Positions 51,815 to 63,357 of a stretch of DNA of 64,000 nt are shown here, in pieces (the first letter of the stretch is position 1; every line of letters begins with the position of its first letter). The stretch is from positions 7,784,358 to 7,848,357 of the forward strand of contig MU054187.1 of NCBI GenBank assembly GCA_013239625.1, in the 5' to 3' direction. The notes under the pieces were generated by a model that worked only from the letters and a program-made list of their open reading frames with translations, had not been told where the DNA came from and did not search any database. Position numbers and translations under genes: made by a program. The DNA comes from Lama guanicoe. Taxonomy: Eukaryota.

Positions 51815-52448
51815 TGATGCAGGAAAACAGATGTGGGGTGAGAGGAGGGCCGTGTCCCAGGCTTTGGTTGAGCCCCTGGGACGTGCCCACCAAGTATGGG
51901 TCCTTGGCTTTGTGCAGGAAAGAATTCAAGAGCAAGCCACAGTTGAGTAAAGGTAGATTTATTTAGAGAGATACATTGAAAGGCAAGAGAAAGGCCACGA
52001 GGTGTGGGGATTGGGTGCTCAGATTAAAAGTCGGTGCACACTCCATAGACAGAGTGCGGGCCGTCTCCGTACGGTGTTGGGGGAAGGAGGGGAGGCCGTG
52101 AGGGGCAGTGTTGCCCATTTTTATGGGCTTTGGTAGCTTCGTATGCAAATAAGTGGAAGGGCCAGTCTAACTAGTCTGGAGAAGGGGCTGGGATTCCCAG
52201 GAAGTGGGCCATTTCCCACTCTTTGACCATTTGTGGCTAAGGTTGGGACCGCCATGGCACCTGTAGGCATGTTATTCATCATGCTAACATAATACAATAA
52301 GCATATAATGAAGCTCGAGGTCCACTAGAAGTTAAATCTCCCATCATCCTAAGCCTCAAGGCCTACTGGGGGTTGAATCTATCACCATTTTGATGTTAAC
52401 TGCTGTAGCATCCCTTGAATGGCTGTGTCCTGCCCCCTTCCTGTCTCA
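51815..52448 (-). mobile_element. MER41-like ERV1 solo LTR, full length (634 bp)
   Basis: TG...CA termini with 4-bp TSD AGGC (51811-51814 / 52449-52452). The minus strand contains CCATAAAAATGGGCAAC, CTCTGTCTATGGAGT, AATAAA and CTTGAATTCTTTCCTG, as in MER41. Confidence 0.9.
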
Positions 52449-53262
52449 AGGCTACTACAAGATAACTAAATATTTCTGAGAAACCAATCGATCATATCTG
52501 CTAACAAAAGAATGTAGTATAGAATTTAAAGGCTTTGATGATCTGGAAAAAAAAAAACCCAGAAAACATGCAGTTCTCAGCATAACATGCAAACGATGAG
52601 CATTTTAGAGGTGAAAGATTTAGTGTTATTTTGGTTCTGTCCTAACACTCAGTGAAATTGGGTAGCCTGATCCAAAATAAGCACTCAATAAATTGGTAAC
52701 ATCTTCCGAGTTGATAAATGATGACGGGTTAAGTACTTTGCAAATTTAAAGCCAATTAAAATTATTGAATATTTTGTTGCATGAATATGCCTAAATTTGA
52801 AAATTGAAATTACATTCTGTGTAGTTCTCTTTTAAATAAAAAGAGAAAAGAATTTCTTTGTCAGTGTGTATTATAAAGTTAAATAGTTTTTATAAATAAA
52901 TACAGTTGACAGATATGTTTGAATTTATGGAAGTTACTCTGAAGTGCTGAAGTGAGTCTTAACATTATAAGGTTTGATATAGTTTTCAAGCTGCAGAATA
53001 TTCTGACTTTTTCTAAAAAGTAATTTCGGAGTACAATTTACTCCCTGAATTATTTTACAACGGCTATAACTCTGCTATATAAAGGTGATGCTTGCCAACT
53101 CCAACCAATCCAGTCAACACTGGTGAATAAAATATTTCCAATTTTAGGACACGCATTTGCTAAAACTAAAGGTACGCATAGAATAAAATCTTTTAACTGG
53201 ATGCTCTACTTTTCTTAGAATGTTCCAAAATATCATTTATTTTCTTCTTGCTTATAAAAAAT

Positions 53263-53763
53263 TGAAGTGGGAGGAAAGGGGGCAGGGCACAACCATTGAA
53301 AGAATGACAGAGCAATTGTGGACAGGGCAAACTGGTTAGAACCAAGATGGAGGATGGTTTGACTTCCAGTCGACCTTGAGCCTCATGGCACACCCATAGG
53401 CGCCATGACTGTTTCTAGGCTGATCATAAAAGGTCAAAAAGTGGGTGGGGGGCATTTCCTGGAAATCCTGCCCCTTCCCCAAAGTAGTTGGAATAAACTT
53501 TCTACCCATTTTAGAGTGTGTATCTGCTTTTACTTTAAACTAAATACCCCCACGCCTCTCAGCCTCTCTCCCTCTCACCTGTCTGAGGTGGCCCACATTC
53601 CTCAGGTGGAGTGTGTGTCTCCTAAGCCGTTTTCCCTTCTGAGTGAGACAGACCGCACCCTGCCTATGGAGTGTGTATCTCTCTAAATAAACTTGCTTTC
53701 ACTTTACCGAGCCTTGCTCTTGACTTCGTTCCTGTGCGAGGCAAGACCTGTTCTCCCGCACCA
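53263..53763 (+). mobile_element. MER41-like ERV1 LTR (internal deletion)
   Basis: AACCAAGATGG, GGCGCCATGACTGTTT, CTGCCTATGGAGT and AATAAACTTGCTTTCACTTTAC (53686-53707); 3' end CTGTTCTCCCGCACCA matches the end of the 51815 copy; no clean TSD. Confidence 0.85.
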
Positions 53764-53799
53764 CCTTGAAAACTGAGTAGAATCTTGGGAAAAGCAACG

Positions 53800-54293
53800 T
53801 GGAGGAAGGCTTCTCAGTGGAAGGAGCAGAAGGAGCTCCAGGGTGGAATCGAGAAAGTTCAAAGCATATTAAAGAACTGAAGGAGCATAAAGCCAGCTCA
53901 CAAACTGACCTCCCTGATGCGAAACTGTCTGCTGACTCATTCTCTGCCGAGAACCACTCTAACCCAGAGGCTATGCTCCAGGAAGGAGATAACAGGCTGA
54001 TGATCTCGCAAGGGACGGACCCTCTGGAGTTCCTTCTGAAGATTCACTGAGGTTAAGAGGAATGCAGCTCCTGCAAAACGCCCTGATTGTTATCACCTTT
54101 TCTGTTCCATCCAGTTTTTCTATAAAACCTCAAGACCGCAACCCCAAGACGGGCTCCCCGTCTTTAGGGCATGAGCCTGCAGGGACTCCTGTGCCCGGCA
54201 AAACAATAAAGCTGCTCACTTCTTTGCTCCCAAAACTCTGCCTCTCAGTTTGAATTTGCTTTTTAGGGTGCAGAGGCCGAGTTTTCGGTAACA
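53800..54293 (+). mobile_element. ERV LTR of a second family (solo)
   Basis: TATAAAA at 54121, AATAAA at 54205, and a U5-like end CAAAACTCTGCCTCTCAGTTTGAATTTG...GCAGAGGCCGAGTTTTCGGTAACA; no primer-binding site follows. Confidence 0.75.
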
Positions 54294-57199
54294 GAACCAG
54301 CAGAAAACTGAGTTAATTACGTGTTGCTTTCTTTGGTGTGTAATCCTGCTCAGTACGTAAAGTAGCTGCTCATTGGACTAAAACGAAGTGAGCTGGAATT
54401 CAACATCCATAAAGGAAGAAATACTTATCAATACGAACATAATTCTGAGGCAAGCGTAGTTCTATAAATACACGGTGGTAGTTAGCACTTCTAGAAATCA
54501 AGCATTCCATTTTCCTGTCTTTAGGCTGGAAGGTACCTAAGGTTTACTCTGCTTAAATGACATATGGAGGAAGAACTTTCTACAACTTTCTTGTGGAGAA
54601 AAAAATTAACATATTTTGCTGGAACGTGAGTTACAGGAAGTCCTTCCCCATATGCCATTCAAGTACCCTTCAAATTCAGCATGGAATGGCTAAAGACATG
54701 ACATACTGAATTAATTTCGTCATAATCCGTAATATTTTACTAGCATTAATATGCTGAGAAAACCATAAAATAGTGCAGTCTTTTATGAGACACCTAAATG
54801 CCAGTAATAAAAATACTTTGATCCAATAAAGAATTTAAAAAAGTAAATTTGAAGAATCCGTGAGTCTTGCAATTTGTTTCTTAAAATCTCAGCTCACTGT
54901 CACTGAATACAGGATAATGCCTCCAACGTGTAGTTTTGGACAGAGCAATGATAGGTCTATGGGTCAGGGGACCTTGACTTTGCCACCCCCTGGCTACGTA
55001 CGTACTGTTGGACAAGAGCCCTAACTCTGCACCTCAGTTACTACAAAATAATGGTCTCACAGGTCCTTTCCAACTCTTTTGTAATAATATCTTCTTAAAA
55101 CAACAAAATGAACACTAAACTTTTTTTTTCAGTTTAAAACTCCTCCAGATTGTCAAGATTAAAACAAAGGAACAGAGCCATAAATCTGAATGAATACTTA
55201 AAGGGGAAGGGAATGTGTCAAAACAATATTGTTCTCCTAAATCCCTTTCTGAAGGTGTAAATTGCAATCTGACAATGCTGCCGTTCTGAGTTGCCACATT
55301 GAGTTGTTTTGTTTAACAATGGGTTTAATCAGACAAATAGCTCTGTAAAACAAGAAAACAGATGGGCCATCAACTTTAAAATGTGGAAGCCCAGTAAAAC
55401 AATGTTAGCCTCAGGCCAGGCGACTGTGATCCAGTAGCAAAGAAAAATACGAGGAGTGTTCAGGAAGTTGCTTATGAATATGGTCTGAACACCAGGAACA
55501 GAAGTAGATGTTCCTCGTGTTCTACCCTCAAATATTTAGGGTCATCTAATTTATAACAAAAATCGATCATTTAGACATTGTTGATAAATGTTTGGTGGCA
55601 TTCCTTCAACTTACAATATCCATTTACTGAATGTAACAGGAACTTCTAAGACACTCCGTGAATATCCTCCGAGGTGTAGCAATCCTGGGACTCGCCAATT
55701 TGTCCCAATTGTTCTATTTTTGAAGCCCAATAGTTACAACTCAGCAGGTTTTTGCTTTGGGTCATTTGATTTCTCAGGATTAAAAAAAAAAAAAGGCAGC
55801 AGATGAAAAATTGAGATTTAAAATGTTTGTTTGCCTTAAAAGTTAACTTCTTTCGAAATAATGGGATTTCTTATTTAAGCAGAAAATTTCATACTTATTT
55901 TTTTGTACCTAAACGTAATATTTTAAGCTATCCTAATCTCAAATTTTCTGTATTGAAACAAAAGTTTCCATTTATTATAAATGTGGACATATTACTTTGA
56001 ACCATAGACAATTTTCACTTGTTAGATAAAAAAGCAGTTGAATATCACCATTACATACGTAATTTTTTGTAATTGGAGCACACAGCCTATAAATTACTGA
56101 CGATAACTCCCCTATTGGACAGAAGCTTTGTATTTTATTTTTACTTTGCATCTATTTATTTTTCCCACAGCTGAATCCAGTGCTATTGACAGTTCAGTGA
56201 GTGGTTGATGAATATGTGGTGATGAATTGTTGTCATATTGACTAAATAGACTGCAGGACTGACTTCTAAGTGGCTCAGCCAGATGTAGAGATATAAGAAG
56301 TATTTGGCTTTCAGAGACAGAAAAGAAACAGAAAAGAAGAGCCTGGGTGAGAAACAAAGAAAAAAGTATATATATTTATCTATTAGAAGTGTGGCTAGAG
56401 TAATGGAATGGTTCTGGGTGATCTAAAATTAAGGGGGAAAAGTGCAAACTTTCTATTCAAAGTCATCCTGGAAGAAACATGATAAAATATTTGTTGTCTG
56501 CGGGACGACTTATTCTAGTGCATTTGCCTAATTAGTTCTTTCTGAGCTGAAAAAAAAGCTAATTAAAAAATACCTACACACTGCAGAGAACTGGCGCTCA
56601 TATGTGCTCGGTGACGAATGAGCCCGACACCCAAGATTGTCATCACATCTAAACCCCTAAGGAGGTCGGATTCAAGACTCTGTGTGCTAGGCGCAACCTC
56701 AAAATGGCAAAAATGGCTAGATTAATATGCATACATACAAGCAAATCGAGATGAAGATGTCAGTTTCGGGTAGCAAGAAGAATTTACCAGCCCTGACTTC
56801 TGAGAGGCAGAAGCCATTAGGGAAGAGGACATAGATTTTGAATTTAGACATTCATTTAGATTTTTTGCTTTTTTCAAGTAGGGTTGTCAGACTAAGACCC
56901 ATGTAAAATCAAGCCTTCTCAAGCAAATGAAATGCAGAAAGAGAAAGTGCTCCGGACTCCCTCATCGCAGCCAGGGAATATGGAGTTTCTGATAGCCTAG
57001 GAAAGAAAAATCTCTTCCCCCTCTGCTTCTTTTCAAGGGCAAGACAGAATTTCATTTATGGAATATATTGCTCTGTCCTTAGCTAGTATTTTACTTTTTT
57101 TGTTCTTTGCTGAACATTAATTTGTTTGTACATTTGAGGAGCAGGGTTTGGTGCTGTCTTATCTGTGGGTATCAGAGAGCCCTGGTGGAGTGACTGCAG

Positions 57200-57435
57200 G
57201 GTGGAGCTGAGCTATCGGAAGGGCACAGACTTCAGAGACCTGGGTTTGAATTTTGGCTTCTCTACTTTCTACCTGTGTGACCTTGGACAACTTACTTAAC
57301 TTCTCTGAGACTTAGTTTTCTCATCTGCAAAATGGGAATAATAATCCTTACCTGTTGTGATGATTAAGTTAGGCAATGTACGTAAAGCACCTAACACAGT
57401 GACACATGCCAAGTGCCCAATAAATGGTAACTATG
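57200..57435 (+). mobile_element. MIR SINE
   Basis: GACCTGGGTTTGAATTTTGGCTTC...TGTGTGACCTTGGACAACTTACTTAACTTCTCTGAGACTTAGTTTTCTCATCTGCAAAATGGGAATAATAAT...AAAGCACCTAACACAGTG...CAATAAATGGTAACTAT. Confidence 0.92.
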
Positions 57436-58087
57436 AAAAGGTTTTTCACTCTGTGGCTTTGTTCCCCATTCTTAGGGAAACCAACAGCTCACAAAGGACA
57501 GGAGCAGAGGTAGACATAGTCTGTGCAATGAAAACCTCAGGGAAGGTTAAATAAATGGAATGCTCTTAGATGGAAGGAGTGAGAACACAATCAGGAGGAA
57601 GCTAAGCCCCAGGCAGACAGCCAATATTCACTCTTAACTTCTCTTTTGGGTCCCATGGCAGAGTCTATCTGGAGACGGTTCCCACACTTAAGTTCACAAG
57701 CACTACTGCTTCTATTTTCAACTCAGCTTTTCCCTGAAAATTACTTGTAGATTCTCTCCAGTCTTGTATTGGTCACCAAAGCTGAACTGTTGCTACCCCA
57801 AGATTGAAGAGCATGCCTTACTTCTACGTAGTTTGGGAAGTTGCCTCCACATTGCCAATGCTTATGCCCTTTTCTCCTTTCAACACTAGTCTTAGGTCCT
57901 CACTGGACTGATTTAATTCTACATCTGCTACTTTCAAAATATGGTTGTCATGAACACTATTTAATCAGATGAACTCTCCTTTGCATTTATTATTTGAGGG
58001 AAAGGCAGAAAATAGTTTTCTCCCTTCACTAATCCTCTATTTAGAACTAGAAGATTAGGTGATCTTTTACTTTAATTTTATGTTTCC

Positions 58088-58290
58088 ACCCATCCACCCA
58101 ACCATCCATCCATTCATCCACACAACCACCCATTCATCCACCCATCCATCCAACCATCCAATCATCATCCATCCACTCATCCATTTATTAATTTGACAAA
58201 TATTTATTGATCACCAGCTCTGTTTCAGGAATTGCCCTAGCCTCTGGTGGGTCAGGTTGACACAGTCCTTATTTTCATAGAACTTGTAAG
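58088..58290 (-). repeat. Degenerate (CCAT)n tetranucleotide array grown from an L2 3' tail, plus the L2 3' end
   Basis: CCAT/CCAC units at 58088-58184, directly followed by CAAATATTTATTGATCACCAGCTCTGTTTCAGG (reverse-strand L2 end). Confidence 0.8.
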
Positions 58291-58589
58291 AGATTGGCTA
58301 CAAAACTTGTTCTAATTGTGTAAACAGGTATTTTTTGACCATTCCATGTTTAATTGTAATTTATGCTTTCTCGGTATTTCATTACATTTCTTTCCCTTAT
58401 ATTATGGAGGGAGCCAAGTGTGTGTCAATGTAGAATATATCATGACATAATATTTAACTTCTAGAAAAATCCATTTTACTTAAATTTTCTGAGGCATGAT
58501 TTTGGTAAGCAGTAATTCTGTGAAATGATCTAACCTGCATGAAACCTATAAAATCTCTTTTTTTATTGCTTTGCAAATGTACCTTTATT

Positions 58590-58720
58590 AGAATGTAAGT
58601 TCCTTGAAGGCAGACAATGTCTGTTTTGTTCCCAGTTACATTCTCAGAAATATTAACAGTGTCTGATACATAAAGTCACTCCATACTTTTTGTTGTATGA
58701 ATAAATGAATGAATGAACAC
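58590..58720 (+). mobile_element. L2 3' end
   Basis: TAGAATGTAAGTTCCTTGAAGGCAGACAATGTCTGTTTTGTTC...ATGAATAAATGAATGAATGAA. Confidence 0.85.
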
Positions 58721-59089
58721 ATGTCTGTTGCAAAAACAAAATAGCTATTGTCTACATTTTTATTCTGAATTATAGAAACTAATATATCACAGATTATATT
58801 TTCCCTTCTAAGGACAGCTCTGCAGAATATCATTTCTGTTGGTAGTGTGCACTCCCCATACTCCTCACAGCTTTCTCCTTCCTGACAGAGAATATATGGC
58901 ACCTGTACTCTTGGGAGAGGAATTTTTGAATCTACTGATTTTGTTTTTCTTTGCCAACTGGTGGACGAGTGCATCAAACTTCATGTCTCCCTTAAAAAGC
59001 TGTTCACAGAAGCAGAGACCACTGCAGTTGGAGTTGGACTCTTCAGAGGGCATCTAGCAGCGCCTGATATGTAAATTCTCACTTCAAAG

Positions 59090-59210
59090 TCATCAGCGTC
59101 CTTAGTGTCTGACTTTTCTCTTGTCCAGGGCACACATTTCCAGCCCCTCTGACTCGTCTTTCCTCCTGACGCCGTCTTGCGTCTCTTCAACACTCTTGTC
59201 ATTTTCCTAC
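59090..59210 (-). mobile_element. CR1/L3 ORF2 C-terminal fragment
   Basis: Minus strand GAGGGGCTGGAAATGTGTGCCCTGGACAAGAGAAAAGTCAG resembles L3 GAAGGAACTGGGGATGTTTAGCCTGGAGAAGAGAAGACTCAG (ELGMFSLEKRRLR); upstream KMTRVL resembles KMIRGL. Confidence 0.55.
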
Positions 59211-60662
59211 CGATTATAATACTAACGTTTCTGGGAAACGGTCATTTATCACAGAAGGTCCTTTTCAGATAATGTGAGTTCAGTATTTTAACCAGAAAAG
59301 GAGCCAGCGTGGCTAAGTGGGTGGTGTGAGAGGTGTGCGTGGAGGAGGCGCCTTCCAGGCAGCAGGGTGCCAGAGATCGAGAGATGGACGAGCCTCCGAG
59401 GGGCAGTGACAGGGGTGCTCAGTCAGGCTCCTGCCTCATGTCTACCAACAGTTCGACACCAAGGCAAGGAATGTTCATCTCTGCTTGACTTTGCAGCCCT
59501 GGGGGTGGCGACCAGAGGAAACGCTGATGTCTGGGAGTACTGCTGCCTGCCCACGTCTCCTCGTCTCTTGCTCTTGGTATGTCAGGAAAGCTGATGTCCA
59601 TACGCTGAGGAAGGAGGGACAGCAGAGGCTCCTGCTTCGGGCGCTGGGTGGCCCATGGAGCATGCTTTCCGGGAGCTGGGTGTCATTGAGGTGTCGTCAC
59701 TAATATATCCTGAATACATAAAGTTCAAAGACTCAGATATATTTTTTTATCATCTATTTCTCCTTTAATTTCAAAGGTGACGGTGTAGTCTTAAAACCAG
59801 CAAGTGTGTCCACCTAGGTCCTTGCATGCAGACTTGAGGCCAAGAATTTGGAACGTGTGACGGGGGTACCTATGAGGACACAGAATTTCTCTGTGGAAAC
59901 GGCAGAAAGATATTCTTAGTACTTTTCACGTCTTCCCACAAAACTTGATCAAAAACACAGAGAAAATAAAACTTTTGTGATTCAGTTCCAAGTGTTTCTC
60001 TAAAGGAGCCTCTGAAGAGGGTCTAAGAGATCTATTAGCTCACTTTCAAGCGAATGCCCCCAACGCGGGATGCGATCTCACTGTGCTTACAGAAAAAAAC
60101 AGGTTTAGAGGTCTAGAAAAGAAGAATAACTGTTGAATAGGATATTTAGAATGAAAAACTGGACGCAAACTGTGCTGTGCACTTTGAAATCATATAAAAA
60201 GCAGTGATGCGGACGGCGCTATATAGCCCCAAACTGACTGATATGTCTTCCCGTTGAAGATAACGGAAATCCAGCTGTGAGCTCTTGTGAGGGCCTCTTT
60301 GAAAATTCTGCATTTCCTCTGCACACCCTCCAGCACACTTGTGTCTCGTGGCCTTATCTGACGCCGTCCCAGTCCTGCAGGAAACACTGGAGACTCATCG
60401 TTTGTATGACCTGACCAAGCATCCCAGCACCAGTGTGTCGCTCAGCAAGGTGTAGCTGGGGTCTTTTTCTTATTGTGGTTGTTGAAACTATAGAGGATTA
60501 AAGATTTGCTGAAGTTCAATCTAGGTAATCCCTTCTATAGGATTAACTCACCGAATGGCTTTCCTGGTATATTTGTTTTAGCAAAGAGATCAGATTTCGA
60601 ACCCCTAAATCCGGAGGTAACATTTTATTTATTGCGCAGATAAAATCCTTGATAACTTGTCA

Positions 60663-60696
60663 GTGTGTACGTGTGTGTGTGAGTGTGTGTGTGTGC
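60663..60696. repeat. Interrupted (GT)n microsatellite
   Basis: Seen directly. Confidence 0.9.
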
Positions 60697-62859
60697 TTTT
60701 TATGTGTTCACAGCTTATCCCATGAGAAATCTAAATGAAAATTAAAAAAAAACCTCTAGTTTTTCACAAACTATAATTACTTTAATTACGGGATAATTAT
60801 ATAAATAATGCATTTGAATGTAGGTTTCAGTTTTCTTTGTTTTCTAAATATTATCATCTTTCAGTGTTTTCAGACGTGTAAACAGGAAACATTTAAGTTT
60901 AGATGAAGAGCAGGTGAAATGCCTATGATACAAGTAGAGACAATCAAAAGATGATTAGGCTATTGAAAACTGCCTAACTAGGTGCTAATTTTTAAGTGAG
61001 CAGGTGTACTTAGACATTATAACTTTAAAATGAAAATATATTTGAATTAAACCGACCCCCGCCTTCCCAACATTAAAAGAACATTAGAGGTCTGGCTGGT
61101 ACTGACTAAATCCAGCAAAGGCACAAGAGGTGGAAATTTACAACGAGGCAGGGACTCCAGAAGGAGGAGGCACTAAAGACAAAACTGCGCGCTTCTAAAG
61201 AAATGTTGAAATAATTTCACGACACTTTATTGACTCTCTTAAAATACAGCCCAAACATCATTAACGTGTTAAAAAGATTAATATTTTGGTTATTGTTAAA
61301 GGATGATTAACTTTGCACAGGAATTGTACAAAGGAAGAAAGATCTTATAATTACCATGGATGGAAATCAATTTTTTTTTCTTCCTGTCTCGATTCAGTTG
61401 TTTTTCTGGTTGCCACTGAAATGCATCAATGCACTATTAGCTGCTCACACAAAGACCTGATTCCGAATCAAAAGGAGATGGTAAACTTGTGACTGAAGCA
61501 TGGACATTAAATTTCAAGGTGGGGTGACATACATAATACTCATTTAACTTACACATGGCTGCGCCTGAAATTGAAAGTTCAGTGTTCATCAAAAGTTAAC
61601 ACAACTAAATGAAATAAACTTACCTAGCCTTTGCTGTGGGGCTAGTTTAGATCCGTTAAACGCCGTGGAAGAATCTAACCTATTTCTAAGTTTCCAGGCG
61701 GTGTTCAAAAACACAGAGCAGTTTAATGAATTTGTCTTCGGTGTGCAAAATGATGCTCAGTGATCTGAAAGCGTCTAAGAGCTTGCAAAAAGAGGAAATA
61801 CAGTGCTACAACTCAAATACATGTGAAAAGAATCTGGATGAACTCCACGCGACCTATTTGGGTGGATGTAAGCTGTGATGTAGTCAAATTCCAGCTGTGT
61901 CTAGTGAGCCTTCAGATGTTGCTAAAGGTCTCATCCTCTGACCCTGAACCCCATCTGTTTTCCAGCCTTCATTACGTATTTGCTTCCAGTGTCAAATTAC
62001 AGGTAGGCTCTACTCTGCATGTACTACAAAGAATTTGCTCTACTGAGTGTCTCTTTAATTGCTTCAGATTTCCACTCTGTAACAGTTTAGCCAGTTTTAT
62101 GCAACTTTTTGATGCCCTAGTCTACGTTTTCGGCTTGTCACAAGAGGAGTAAACAGAGGTGCATTCAATTCCACCTGCTTTGCGTTGGCACACTGCATTT
62201 GCAGACAAGTGTAATTGGCAAATACTTCAAAAGCCTGGTGAACTGTGTCCATCAGGAGTCATAGATGGTTTTCCTGTAAGCTGCAGGAGAGAAGTTGCTG
62301 GAACAACAAATGCTGGCACCATAAACTAAAATTTTGAATAAACTCAGAATGAAGAGAAGACTCAGAGGCTGAAGAGGATTAAGGTGGCGCATCCGCTTAT
62401 ACCAGGTTAGCAGAATCCTTGCCATGGTCCAAGATCGGTGTCATCAGGACAACAAAGAAACCATTACAGAATTCAGTGGGTCTTGGTATGAGTGTTAATG
62501 ATTCTCCAAGGGGCATGAACGTGCCCCTTTATGCTTATTCAAATTCCACATCACGTGATGTGTTTGTTGTAGGTCCATGTCGAAAAGTCTAAGCTTGAAT
62601 ATGAACTGACCAAACGGCAGTTCCTGACCTCAGTCAATGCTTGTGTGTTTCTGGCACATGCAGGACTAACCCATAACATAGAACCTCAACAAATATGTGA
62701 TAGTTTTCATTTTTAAAGTCTTAGCTTTTGATTTTTAAAGTGGGTCTAGGAGTACCTGCCTTATGGTCTTCTTGTGAGGAATCCAACAAATATTATCTCA
62801 TATGTAAATCCCCTGCCTGGACTGGTACATATTAGGTGCTCAGTCACCAGTGTTATCCA

Positions 62860-63330
62860 GCGATCTTTTTACTAAAAGCTACTGTATGCTAAGTACCATA
62901 CCAGACTCTGGACATGTAAATTCTATGAGATGTAAATTTAAGAAAAAATAGGCTAGTGAGTGTGTATGAGAAGAGGGGATGGGGGGGGAGATACAATCAA
63001 GAATAGGCTTCCAAATGTTACTGTGATGAAAGTACACGTGATGACAATGACGTCACAGTGGAAGGAGAACTCAGTGATCGCAGAGGGCGAGGTGGGCTCA
63101 GGACCACTTCATTGAGGATGTAATGTCTGAACGTAACAGCTGCATTGCATTTGGTGGGCAGGAAAATAATGAAGAGGATGCTTGACAGATAAAGCAGGGG
63201 GCAAAGGCCCTGCAGGATGAATAGGAGGAGGCATTCAGGAGACAGCAGGCGGTTTAGCAGGGCTGAGCATAATACCCAAGGGATTCAGGAGAGTCCAGAT
63301 TTAGATAGAATCCAGATTTTTGATGCTACA
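62860..63330 (-). mobile_element. L2 fragment
   Basis: TTACTAAAAGCTACTGTATGCTAAGTACC..., CTTCATTGAGGATGTAATGTCTGAAC and GCAAAGGCCCTGCAGGATGAA. Confidence 0.6.
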
Positions 63331-63357
63331 TGGAGTCTGAAGTTTTTCCTTACGGGA

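Noticed and set aside
40265..53763. Two same-orientation MER41-like LTRs as the 5' and 3' ends of one provirus
   Set aside because: They are clearly diverged and differ in structure. There is no primer-binding site, gag/pol/env remnant or shared TSD, and the intervening DNA contains older L2, MIR, MLT1 and L1ME fossils.
59083..60374. Two minus-strand coding exons (60374-60239 and 59206-59083)
   Set aside because: They join in open frames, but the second acceptor has no pyrimidine tract and the peptide is better explained as a CR1/L3 remnant.
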